From Candidatus Omnitrophota bacterium (GTDB lineage: Bacteria; Omnitrophota; Gorgyraeia; Zapsychrales; Aceulaceae), in the NCBI GenBank assembly GCA_029564765.1, contig JAKQPK010000013.1, forward strand, positions 125,753 through 189,752: DNA of 64,000 bases, given 5' to 3'. The position numbers and the translations under genes are program-made. Shown piece by piece: positions 38,971 through 47,876 of the stretch (within the stretch, counting starts at the first letter, position 1; each line of letters begins with the position of its first letter). The notes under the pieces are model-generated. The model saw nothing but the letters and a program-made list of their open reading frames with translations, was not told where the DNA came from and did no database searches.

Positions 38971-40509
38971 ATGGAATTTCGCAAGAAACCCTTCGCGTTC
39001 TTGTTCTGTTTTTTGTCAGCGGGTATCGTGATCGGATACGGCACGCGTTGGCCCATCACTGGGGTGCTTGGGGCCTACGCGTTCTTTATTATCTTGAGCC
39101 TCGCGTTGTCTTATCGTTATCCGCGGGTGTCATTTCTTTTTCTCGCGGTTTCCTTTGTGGTGCTGGGGATGTTATTGTTCCAAGCGCATGGACCTATGCC
39201 GCGCAAGGCCCGGCGTAACGACCTAAGACCTTATTACTATCGAACAGCCGCTGTGCAGGGTGTCATTGTTTCCCATGTTCAGAAAAGAAAATTCTTAAGA
39301 TCGGATAAATATGTTTTTATCCTTGATGTCTGGCGCGTCAAACAAGATGGCGTGTGGCGTGAGCGTCGAGAGAAAGTGTTGGCATCGGCCTTTGGGCCCC
39401 GAGATCTTTTTTATGGGGATGTGATCGAGACAAGCGGTAAGCTTTATCCGCCGTTCAATTTTTTCAAGGATACGTTCTCCTATAAAGATCATCTCGCGCG
39501 CAAGGGGATCCACACGCTTTTGAGCGTGAAAGCCAAGGCTCCTGTTGTGATCTTGGCGCGGCGCAAAGGAGGCAGGGTCATGCAGGCCGCGATGTGGGTC
39601 AAGGAGCGATGTAAAGATGTGTTCGTCCGTTATTTAACGGCTAACGAATCCGCGATCGCCCAAGCCATTTTGTTGGGGGATCGTTATCTGGTCCCCAAGG
39701 AGCTTAAAGCCCTTTTCGTATCGACAGGAACAATGCATATCCTGGTCATCAGCGGTATGCATATCGGGGTCATGGCATTCTTGATATTGTTTTTATTTCA
39801 AGCGTTATCGATCAAGCGTAGCGTGCGTATTATTTTGACGATCCTTTCTTTAAGCTTTTACGCGCTGTTGACCGGAGCTCAGCCGCCGGTCTTGCGGGCC
39901 ACCTTGATGGCGTGTGTTTTTCTTTGCGGGATGCTCTTGGAGCGTCAGGAAGACCATGTGAATTCCTTGGCCTTAGCGGGTGTTGTTTTATTGTTGGTCA
40001 ATCCATGGAATTTGCTTGATGCCGGGTTCCAACTTTCCTTTATGAGCGTTCTTTCGATCCTTTGTTTTTATCCATCGACCTATCGATTGGCTCGGCGTGT
40101 TTTACGCCTAAAGGTCCTTCCGCGCTGGGCGGATTTTTTTCTGCAGTCTCTGATCGTCTCTATCGTTGTGTGGATCAGTATCGCGGGGATCATCGCGTAT
40201 TATTTTCGCCTTGTAACGCCTGTGACTGTGATCGCGAACGTGCTGCTGGTACCGCTGTTAGCTCCTATGATGATCTCTTGCGCGGGCCTTGTGATATCGG
40301 GGATCACGGTGCCTGTGATCGCGCCGGCATTCGCGGCCTTGACAAAAATCACTTTCAATACTATGGTCGCGATTGTATTATGGTTAAGCAAGGTACCTTT
40401 TGGATCGATGCGTCTTCCTGTTTTTTCTCTGTGGCAGGTCATTGGTTATAGCGTCGCGGGGATACTTTTCTTTGTCCTGATAGGGCGGCTTGCCAAGCGC
40501 CTCACTTAA
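38971..40509 (+). CDS. comEC: ComEC/Rec2-family DNA internalisation channel protein (lacks the C-terminal metallo-beta-lactamase domain)
   Basis: The competence domain 'FVSTGTMHILVISGMHIGV' and multiple TM helices are present. The start is taken at ATG 38971, 1 nt after the comEA stop. At 513 aa it is too short to include an MBL domain. Confidence 0.7.
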   Translation: MEFRKKPFAFLFCFLSAGIVIGYGTRWPITGVLGAYAFFIILSLALSYRYPRVSFLFLAVSFVVLGMLLFQAHGPMPRKARRNDLRPYYYRTAAVQGVIVSHVQKRKFLRSDKYVFILDVWRVKQDGVWRERREKVLASAFGPRDLFYGDVIETSGKLYPPFNFFKDTFSYKDHLARKGIHTLLSVKAKAPVVILARRKGGRVMQAAMWVKERCKDVFVRYLTANESAIAQAILLGDRYLVPKELKALFVSTGTMHILVISGMHIGVMAFLILFLFQALSIKRSVRIILTILSLSFYALLTGAQPPVLRATLMACVFLCGMLLERQEDHVNSLALAGVVLLLVNPWNLLDAGFQLSFMSVLSILCFYPSTYRLARRVLRLKVLPRWADFFLQSLIVSIVVWISIAGIIAYYFRLVTPVTVIANVLLVPLLAPMMISCAGLVISGITVPVIAPAFAALTKITFNTMVAIVLWLSKVPFGSMRLPVFSLWQVIGYSVAGILFFVLIGRLAKRLT

Positions 40510-40537
40510 TGAGCGTGACCATATTCAAGGAGAGAAA

Positions 40538-42811
40538 ATGAAGCAAAAATACCTTTATCTGTTGGCTGTGATCATTTTTGTTGTTGCCGCGTCCATTAGC
40601 TATCGCGCAAATGAACGGGCCGCGGGTTTTCACGTATCAGGGTCTTCCTCTCAGGTCTTAAGCCGCGCGCAAGAATTCTTTCCTCAAGCACAGTTCATCA
40701 CGTCCGCGGACAGTCCTGATCAGTGGGTGCTGTGCCTGGACGCGGACAGAAAGCCTGTGGGCAAGATCCTTTTGACCAAACCGTTCGTGAATGAGCAGGG
40801 CTACAGCGGCGCTGTGCATTTGCTGATCGCCGCGGACCTAAAGGAAAAGATCCTCGGCGTTCAATTGATCGAGCACACGGAAACAGAGGATGTGATCCGT
40901 TTTCTAGATGAGAAAGAATTCTTTCGCGCTTGGAATGGTATTTCTGTCCAGGAGGCTTTGCGCAAGGATGTGGACGCCGTATCGGGGGCGACGCTGACGA
41001 CGCAGGCGATCGCGCGCGCGTTTAAGAAACGCTTGGCCCTGCTTACGCCGGCGGCACCGATTGTGTCTGCGCCGCCTATTTCTTTTCGCGTGTTAGGGGC
41101 CAATCTGCTGGCTTTGGCGGCGCTAGCTTTTTCTTTGTTCGTTTTTTTCCGTCGCAGGGAGAGCCGCATGTGGAGAAATCTTTCGCTGGCAGTCAATGTT
41201 GTTATTCTGGGGTTCATCACGGCGAAGATGCTTTCTTTCGCGCTTTTTTATGGATGGATCAGATCAGGCATTAACTTTGCGGACGCGATCTTTGTCATTT
41301 GGGTGGCCGCGATAGCGTCTATTTTTATTTACAACAAAAATATTTACTGCCAATGCCTTTGTCCGTTCGGCGCCGCGCAGCAGCTCCTAGGGCAGCTGAC
41401 GCGCCAAAAGTTTTCTTTACGTTTATTGCCGGTCTTTCAGTGGATAGGGTTTGTTTATTTTTCCATGATCTTAGGTCTTTTGTTGGCGTCCGCTCCTTTG
41501 CGGCTTGAATCAACGGAGCCGTTCGCCGCGTTCTTATGGTACAACTTTTTATCGCCAGCGGGGATCATGTTCGGGTTGTGGCTTTTTGTTTCTATTTTCT
41601 GCGGGCGGTTTTGGTGCAACTTTTTATGTCCCACCGGAAGGGCCTTGAATGGATTTTTGGCAAGGACAGGACAAAATCGTGTGTTGTCCATAATCGTCTT
41701 TGTTGTGTGTGTCGCGTCCGCCGTGACCTTGACCCGTTGGCCGCGCGCGGCTACTGTCGCGCCGCAAGAGGCAGCGGCGCCTACCCAGCAGGCAGAAATA
41801 CCTTTTCATATGGCCGCATTTTTTCGATCTTTAGCGGATAATATTGTGCAATGCACATTATGCCCAAGGCAATGTACGCTGAAACCTAACGAAGCAGGAT
41901 TTTGCCGGGCGCGTAAGAACATCCAGGGCAATCTGTATGCCTTGACCTATGGCCAGCCTGTGGCGGTCCATGTGGATCCGGTCGAGAAAAAACCTTTTTC
42001 CCACGTTTATCCCGGGACAAAGTCTTTTTCGATCGCGACAGCCGGATGTAATCTGCGTTGTAAATTCTGCCAGAATTGGGAGATCTCTCAGCTGGATGCT
42101 GAGAAGGTCAAGGCAGAATTTGTCGCTCCAGAACAGATCGTGGCCAAAGCCAAAGAGACGGGTTCCAAGACCATCGCGTTCACCTATACGGAACCTGTGA
42201 TCTTTTATGAATACATGATGGATATCGCGAAAGCCGCGAAAGAACAAGGAGTCGCCTGCGTGATGCATTCAGCTGGGTTCGTGAACGAAGAACCTTTGCG
42301 CGCGTTGGCCCAATACCTTACAGCCGCCAATATTGACCTTAAAGGATTTGATGAAAAATTTTACACAACGTTCACCAGCGGTGACCTGAACGTTGTATTG
42401 CGCACGCTGAAAGTGCTCAAAGAGGAAGGTGTGTGGGTAGAGATCACGACCTTGCTTATCCCCGGCGCTAACGATAGCGATCAGGAGATCCGTAAGCTTT
42501 GCGCTTGGGTCAGGGATCATCTTGGGCCAGAAACACCGATACATTTCTCTAGGTTCTATCCGATGTATAAACTTACCAACCTATCCCCGACACCGGTAGC
42601 GACGCTTTTGCGGGCGCAGGATATTGCCAAGAGCGAAGGCCTGCAGTTCGTCTATATCGGTAATGTTCCCAGTCAAACAGGAGAGAATACCGTTTGTCCG
42701 CATTGTGGTAAACTGCTGATCAAGCGTAAAGGGTATCATGTCCTTGAGGATCATTTGATCGACGGGAAATGCCCGGGTTGCGGCCATGAGATCCCAGGGG
42801 TCTGGCGCTAA
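40538..42811 (+). CDS. tripartite fusion: FMN-binding domain, NosR/NapH-like CxxxCP polytopic membrane domain, and AmmeMemoRadiSam/PflX-type radical SAM enzyme
   Basis: The start is taken at ATG 40538, with the RBS 'AAGGAGAG' 5 nt upstream. After a signal anchor, 'DAVSGATLTTQAIARA' is the RnfG/NqrC/NosR FMN-attachment motif. About six TM helices carry 'CQCLCPFG' and 'CNFLCPTG' (CX3CP). The C-terminal 330 aa carry 'CTLCPRQC...GFCRAR', the radical SAM 'CNLRCKFC' (CX3CX2C) with 'QNWEIS', and a C-terminal Zn ribbon 'CPHCG...CPGCG'. No stop codon or frameshift interrupts the 757 codons. Confidence 0.65.
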   Translation: MKQKYLYLLAVIIFVVAASISYRANERAAGFHVSGSSSQVLSRAQEFFPQAQFITSADSPDQWVLCLDADRKPVGKILLTKPFVNEQGYSGAVHLLIAADLKEKILGVQLIEHTETEDVIRFLDEKEFFRAWNGISVQEALRKDVDAVSGATLTTQAIARAFKKRLALLTPAAPIVSAPPISFRVLGANLLALAALAFSLFVFFRRRESRMWRNLSLAVNVVILGFITAKMLSFALFYGWIRSGINFADAIFVIWVAAIASIFIYNKNIYCQCLCPFGAAQQLLGQLTRQKFSLRLLPVFQWIGFVYFSMILGLLLASAPLRLESTEPFAAFLWYNFLSPAGIMFGLWLFVSIFCGRFWCNFLCPTGRALNGFLARTGQNRVLSIIVFVVCVASAVTLTRWPRAATVAPQEAAAPTQQAEIPFHMAAFFRSLADNIVQCTLCPRQCTLKPNEAGFCRARKNIQGNLYALTYGQPVAVHVDPVEKKPFSHVYPGTKSFSIATAGCNLRCKFCQNWEISQLDAEKVKAEFVAPEQIVAKAKETGSKTIAFTYTEPVIFYEYMMDIAKAAKEQGVACVMHSAGFVNEEPLRALAQYLTAANIDLKGFDEKFYTTFTSGDLNVVLRTLKVLKEEGVWVEITTLLIPGANDSDQEIRKLCAWVRDHLGPETPIHFSRFYPMYKLTNLSPTPVATLLRAQDIAKSEGLQFVYIGNVPSQTGENTVCPHCGKLLIKRKGYHVLEDHLIDGKCPGCGHEIPGVWR

Positions 42812-44910
42812 AGGATGTCTTTAAGCCCGAGAACGATGATCACAGCGAAGACAATAAGACAGGCCAGGTTGATGCCTAAGAACGGGATTAGGATCATCGA
42901 AGCAAGAAGAGTTGCCGCGCAAGCGCCTAAAAGGTCCGCGGCGTATAAAGTCGGTGCGATCTTTTCAACCGCAACCGTGTTGTCCTGACGCCACAAAGCG
43001 CTTAAGAGAGGGTAGCCGAATCCGGTCAAAAGCCCATTTTCAAAAGCAAGTACCATCCAGGCCACTTGATGCCACGCGTTGTGCCCACGATAGTTAGCCC
43101 AGAAAAATATTTCAAGGAAAAAGATGAACCACACAAGAAAAAGCCCCGCGACATAATGTTTTGTGACCGCGCGCGATGAGATGGCGCGGCTTAAGAAAAA
43201 GCTACCCGCGGCCAATCCTGCCATGAACACTCCTACCAGGATCCCCAGCTTCCAGAAAAGCCCTCCGAAAAGCAGTTGAAAGCAAAAAAAGATGACGGCA
43301 CTGGCGCTCATGGACAAAAACCCCATGACCGCCGCCTGACTTTTCAGCCAGAGCGTTGGACGTCCTAGAAAAACAAAGGCCCCCAACCCGATAAAGGCGA
43401 GGCTCACAAGAAAGATGATTGGTTTTAAGGCTAGAGGATCGATGCGCGCGTGCGCGGTAAACCGTGCCTGGTCCATCAAGGTGTAATAAAGAAAACCATA
43501 AGGCATTAGGTCCGTGTTAATGCCTGATGGGAAAGAGAGCATGCGCTGGATATAAGCCGCGCGCGTTGGATCGAGCATGTCGCGCAGATGAAAGACTGTT
43601 ATAAACTGAGCCGAGATCTGGCCGCGCTCAAAACGATTGAGGATTTCTTGCGCCGTAATCTCTTGCTGGGAAGCAACTACGATCATAGCGTCGCCAGGAA
43701 TAAGGAACACCTGAGGGAAGGCGCGCTGTAGCGATCGAATGATACAGGCATTAAAGTCACGGATCACAGGGCTTAGGATATCCGCTTTGGACGGGATCGT
43801 AAAGATAAGGTTTCCTTGCGGCTTAAGGCGCTTTTTCGCTTCTTGAAAGAATTCAACAGTGTAAAAACGGTTAAAGATAAGTGCTGAAGGCGCGGGGATG
43901 TTGAGCACGATCAGATCGTAGAGCGCTGGATCGTTGTTCAAAAAAGAGCGCGGATCCTGATCTTTAAAAGTGATGTTCTTGCCAGGCGCGTAGAATGAAG
44001 GCAGGTGGCGTGGCCGGGGATTGCTGTCGACCGCTGTCACTGCCAAGAGAGGATATTTTTCAAGTTCTTGCACCTGTGATCTTAAGCATGGCCCAATCCA
44101 GAGCATGTCGCGCGCGCCTGCGTGCGTGGCTAGGGCTGTATGGATAAAGACCTCGTGAGTTTCTTTGTCTTCGCTGGTCGCGATCAAACTCCCGTTGACA
44201 TACAAGGAACGAGCGTGGCCGTCATCTGTCAGGATGATAGGGCCCTGCGCCGAGCCTTGCGTGAAGACGATAGATGAGGCGGCAAATTCTTTTTGTAGGA
44301 TCGCCGGAAAGCTGTTGGTCAAAGAAATGGACAAAAGCATTAATGCCGCGGCTATGACCGCCTTGGGGCGTCGGGATATTTTTAAGGCCGGGACCATCAA
44401 TAAAGGTAAGGCCGTAAAGGATAGTGGATTTTGATAAACGTAAAGCCCTAGCGTAAAAACGATCCCTCCTAAAAAGACCCCCAGCGCTTCGCACGCGAAA
44501 AGATAGCCCAGAGAGTGATCTTTGTCCGCGAGCCGTTGGGCATGATGGGCACTTAGGTGGGAGAACGCGTAACCGCTGACCGCGCCTGTCGGCCCAAGGA
44601 CAACGACCGCGGCAAATAAAGAAAAGACTCCGCCGACACTTTCATAATAGGGAATGCTAAAGAGGATCTTCAAGGTGTGCGCCAGAATAATGCCGATACC
44701 AAAGGATAGAGGAAGGGCGATCATCAGTCCTGTATCAGAAAGTATTTGCCTGCGCTTGCGTGTGAGGGATGCTAGTGCGCAGAACAAAGCCCAGATCCCA
44801 ACGCCGGCGATGAGGGCGAGCTCGTTCTTGGCAATGGAAAATGTGAATTCTCGTACCAAGACGAGTTGAAAAATACAACTGACAAAACCAAGAATGATGA
44901 ATATAATCAT
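42808..44910 (-). CDS. spermidine-synthase-like (aminopropyltransferase fold) protein fused to N- and C-terminal polytopic membrane domains
   Basis: The central 'YDLIVLNIPAPSALIFNRFYTVEFFQEAKKRLKPQGNL' matches the SpeE methyltransferase-fold core (D.I..D...P......L.T.EF.......L...G). It is flanked by about 12 TM helices. Confidence 0.55.
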   Translation of the reverse strand: MIIFIILGFVSCIFQLVLVREFTFSIAKNELALIAGVGIWALFCALASLTRKRRQILSDTGLMIALPLSFGIGIILAHTLKILFSIPYYESVGGVFSLFAAVVVLGPTGAVSGYAFSHLSAHHAQRLADKDHSLGYLFACEALGVFLGGIVFTLGLYVYQNPLSFTALPLLMVPALKISRRPKAVIAAALMLLSISLTNSFPAILQKEFAASSIVFTQGSAQGPIILTDDGHARSLYVNGSLIATSEDKETHEVFIHTALATHAGARDMLWIGPCLRSQVQELEKYPLLAVTAVDSNPRPRHLPSFYAPGKNITFKDQDPRSFLNNDPALYDLIVLNIPAPSALIFNRFYTVEFFQEAKKRLKPQGNLIFTIPSKADILSPVIRDFNACIIRSLQRAFPQVFLIPGDAMIVVASQQEITAQEILNRFERGQISAQFITVFHLRDMLDPTRAAYIQRMLSFPSGINTDLMPYGFLYYTLMDQARFTAHARIDPLALKPIIFLVSLAFIGLGAFVFLGRPTLWLKSQAAVMGFLSMSASAVIFFCFQLLFGGLFWKLGILVGVFMAGLAAGSFFLSRAISSRAVTKHYVAGLFLVWFIFFLEIFFWANYRGHNAWHQVAWMVLAFENGLLTGFGYPLLSALWRQDNTVAVEKIAPTLYAADLLGACAATLLASMILIPFLGINLACLIVFAVIIVLGLKDIL

Positions 44911-45018
44911 AAGGAGAAGGTAAAAGTAAAGGTCGATAGTCGGTAGTATTTAGCATATAGTCAAACTAACGACTAAATACCAACGACTATATACTGTTTT
45001 TTATATCTTACTTAATCC

Positions 45019-45660
45019 ATGTCCGAAAATCTATATTATTTATTTGTTAGCGGTATGATCCTGAGTTCTGGGCCGTGCTTGGCTTCCTGCGCGCCGTTTT
45101 TGGCCGCGTATACTGCCGGCCGTCGGTCAGGGGTGCGGGATTCGTTCCTTTCCTATTTTGTTTTTTCTTTTTTTAAGATCTTAGCGTATCTTGTCCTAGC
45201 GGGGATCTGCGCGTTGGGTTCATCGCTGATCCGCGTCGAGCAGTTGTTGCCTTATCGGTCGTGGATCTATGGGGCGCTGGGCATTTTGATCATGGGTATC
45301 GGCATCGCCATGCTCGTTGACCGCAAGGAGAACAATGCTTTTTGCGCATGCTTGTGCCGTCAACATGCAACGAACATCGCGCTCTTTGGTTTTTTGATCG
45401 GCCTTGCGCCGTGCTTACCGCTTGTGGGGATCCTCAATTATGTGATGGTTATTTCTAAAACACCGATGGACGCGTTCTTGTACGTATTTGTTTTTGGGCT
45501 GGGGACGGTCCTTTCTCCTTTGATGATCGTGATGGTCGTTTCGGCAAAGGTGTCCTCGATGCTGGCGCGCTTTGCGATGCTCAAGAGCCTGTTGCGCGTG
45601 TTCTGCGCGATCGTGTTGATCTTCTTGGGGCTCATAACGGTCACGCGGGTGATCGGGTAA
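45019..45660 (+). CDS. polytopic membrane protein with paired cysteines in TM helices (CcdA/DsbD-like thiol-disulfide transporter, tentative)
   Basis: 'SSGPCLASCAPF' lies in TM1 and 'LAPCLPLVG' in a later TM helix, reminiscent of CcdA 'SPC..P' motifs. The family assignment is uncertain. Confidence 0.35.
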   Translation: MSENLYYLFVSGMILSSGPCLASCAPFLAAYTAGRRSGVRDSFLSYFVFSFFKILAYLVLAGICALGSSLIRVEQLLPYRSWIYGALGILIMGIGIAMLVDRKENNAFCACLCRQHATNIALFGFLIGLAPCLPLVGILNYVMVISKTPMDAFLYVFVFGLGTVLSPLMIVMVVSAKVSSMLARFAMLKSLLRVFCAIVLIFLGLITVTRVIG

Positions 45661-45707
45661 TGATCATGCAAGATGTGCATAACAACTGATAGGAAAGGAG
45701 TCAAACG

Positions 45708-45875
45708 ATGTTTGAGATCTTGATCATTGTGGCGTGGTTCTTGGGGATCTTTTTAGGGATCTTGTGGTTGTTCTTGCCGTGGATCATTGTTTCAAAATTG
45801 GATGAGGTTATCGCGGAATTGCGCAAGATCAACGCTCAAAGATCTTCTAACGCGCAAGAAAGGAGGGTGTTATGA
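45708..45875 (+). CDS. small membrane protein of 55 aa (not in the ORF track)
   Basis: The RBS 'AGGAAAGGAG' sits 7 nt before the ATG at 45708. It translates as 'MFEILIIVAWFLGIFLGILWLFLPWIIVSKLDEVIAELRKINAQRSSNAQERRVL'. Its stop overlaps the next start (ATGA). Confidence 0.4.
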   Translation: MFEILIIVAWFLGIFLGILWLFLPWIIVSKLDEVIAELRKINAQRSSNAQERRVL

Positions 45876-46057
45876 TTCTCGGTTTTCTTTATATCTTAGC
45901 AGGGGTTGTGCTGTTCATTTTTCCGCAGTTGTTGGCATTCTTTGTGGCCGCGCTATTCATCCTTATCGGAGCTGTCATCATGTACATCAGCCTGTATTAT
46001 CGGCGTATGGCAAGGCGTTTTGACGATCCGATCATGGATTTTATTTTCCGGCTGTAG
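45872..46057 (+). CDS. small two-TM membrane protein (61 aa)
   Basis: An RBS 'AAGGAGGG' precedes it. It is translationally coupled to the previous small ORF and followed by a terminator. Confidence 0.4.
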   Translation: MILGFLYILAGVVLFIFPQLLAFFVAALFILIGAVIMYISLYYRRMARRFDDPIMDFIFRL

Positions 46058-46151
46058 GGTTTGGCAGAAGGTTTCAGGTTTTTGTTGCCTGCAAGCCGTT
46101 GGAAGAGTAAAATATTTCCATGCCGCGCGTGAAAAGATAAGGGGAGTTCAA

Positions 46152-46189
46152 GGGCAGTCCCGTCTGTGGCGGGACTGCCCTTTTCTTTC
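46152..46189 (+). terminator. Rho-independent terminator
   Basis: 11-bp stem 'GGGCAGTCCCG'/'CGGGACTGCCC' with a 7-nt loop, followed by TTTTCTTTC. Confidence 0.7.
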
Positions 46190-46392
46190 AATGGGTAAGC
46201 CATTACACCACTTAATTTTATTAAGCTAACGCTTAGATGCTAACGACCGGATACTCCAACAAGTTGATGGTGGGCTCATTTAGCCCCGTTCTTCGAACGG
46301 GACAAATTCGCGCATACAAGTTATGCGCGCTTACGCTCCATAACTTGTGCGCTCATTTGACTTTGATTTCCAACTATGATAAAGTGGACGGC

Positions 46393-47343
46393 ATGAGAAA
46401 ATATATCTTATTAATTATTAGTATTATAGTTTTGTCATGCGCCACGCCCAGTTTTGCCTTTTGGGTATGGACCCCGGAAACCAACAAGTGGGTCAATCCC
46501 AAATATGCCGTCAAAGACACGCCGCAAGAACAGCTTGAATTCGCCAAGCAATATTACGTTCAAAAAGATCATAAAAAAGCTCTCCAGGAATTAGAAAAGC
46601 TTATTAAGTTCTACCCAAAAGCCAAAGAAGCGCCGATCGCGCAGAAATATATCGGCCTTTGCTTTGAAGCCCAGAATAAGAATTATCGCGCGTTCCAGGA
46701 ATACCAGAAAGTCATTGAAAAATACCCTTTTAGCGATCTGGCCCCTGAAGTCGTGGAGCTTCAATACAAGCTTGGCGAGAAGATGCTGCAGAATCCCAGC
46801 AAAAGCCAGTTCGTGACAACCTTGACCGGCGGTGAATATGATGTCATTGATGTTTTCCGCACCGTGATCAAAAATGCTCCTTACGGCCCTCACGCGGCTG
46901 TAGCTCAATATAAGATCGGGCTTTACCTCTCCGAGAAAAAAATGTACCAAGAAGCGCGTGATGAGTTCGAAAAGGTCGTCAATGATTATCCGCAAAGCGA
47001 ATGGGTCAAGCCTGCCAAATACCAGATGGCGCTTGTCGACTCTGCCCGCTCTTCCAGGGCGCAATATGACCAAAAGGTCACTCAGTCTGCTGTTGAGGAA
47101 TTCAAGGAATTCGTGAAGAATTATCCCGACGCGGAGTTGTCCGCCAAGGCCAAAAAAGAGATCGCTGCTTTGAACGAAAAGGAAGCAGAGAATAATTTTC
47201 TCGTTGCCAAGTTCTATGCCAAACACAAAAAATATCAGTCCGCCAGGATCTATTACAATACCATTATCGAAGAATTTCCAAGCAGCACATGGGCGGCTGC
47301 TGCTTTAGAACAGTTGCGTATCCTGGATAAAAAAGCAAAATGA
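46393..47343 (+). CDS. TPR-repeat outer-membrane lipoprotein (BamD/YfiO-like)
   Basis: The start is at the Met at 46393, giving signal peptide 'MRKYILLIISIIVLSCA' with a lipobox. Repeated 'A...Y..G......Y..A...F..........P.S.....A' TPR units follow. Its gene-order context with LptE and HolA is typical. Confidence 0.55.
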   Translation: MRKYILLIISIIVLSCATPSFAFWVWTPETNKWVNPKYAVKDTPQEQLEFAKQYYVQKDHKKALQELEKLIKFYPKAKEAPIAQKYIGLCFEAQNKNYRAFQEYQKVIEKYPFSDLAPEVVELQYKLGEKMLQNPSKSQFVTTLTGGEYDVIDVFRTVIKNAPYGPHAAVAQYKIGLYLSEKKMYQEARDEFEKVVNDYPQSEWVKPAKYQMALVDSARSSRAQYDQKVTQSAVEEFKEFVKNYPDAELSAKAKKEIAALNEKEAENNFLVAKFYAKHKKYQSARIYYNTIIEEFPSSTWAAAALEQLRILDKKAK

Positions 47344-47876
47344 AAAGAGCGTATTTTTTTGCCATCCTTGCCTGTATCGCCTGCGTCTCTGGATGCGGAT
47401 ACACGACCCGGTCCATTTCGCCGAATATCGCGGTATTCAAGACGATCTATGTCCAGCCTTTTAAGAATAGTGTTGATTACAGTTCGGAACGCGGAAGCAA
47501 GAATCTGTACATCCCGATGATGGAGGTCAAGGTTTCCAATGCGGTTATCAACAGGTTCGTCCATGATGGCGTCCTGAAGGTCGCCAAAGGGCATGAGGCT
47601 GACCTGGTCCTCAAAGGCGAGCTGATCAATTATCGCCGGGATGAATTGCGACGCGATGACGATGATAATGTCCAGGAATACCGTATCACGGTCACGGTCT
47701 CGCTTGTTCTATGGGATGTTGCCAAAGAAGAGCCGATGTGGACAGAGTCGAGCTTTTCAGGAGATACGACGTATTTTCTAGCAGGTCCCGCGGCACGCTC
47801 AGAGAGCGCCGCGATCGATGACGCGGTCAATGACCTGGCCCAGCGTATTATCGAGAGAACCGTTGAAGACTGGTAA
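47340..47876 (+). CDS. LptE-like LPS-assembly lipoprotein
   Basis: Lipobox 'VSGCGY' is present. Size is 178 aa. It sits in the conserved position upstream of holA (the leuS-lptE-holA order occurs in many diderms). Confidence 0.5.
   Translation: MKRAYFFAILACIACVSGCGYTTRSISPNIAVFKTIYVQPFKNSVDYSSERGSKNLYIPMMEVKVSNAVINRFVHDGVLKVAKGHEADLVLKGELINYRRDELRRDDDDNVQEYRITVTVSLVLWDVAKEEPMWTESSFSGDTTYFLAGPAARSESAAIDDAVNDLAQRIIERTVEDW

Noticed and set aside
46591-47226. 211-aa minus-strand ORF inside the BamD-like TPR lipoprotein gene
   Set aside because: It is antisense to a gene with a clear signal peptide, lipobox and TPR repeats, and its composition is low-complexity.
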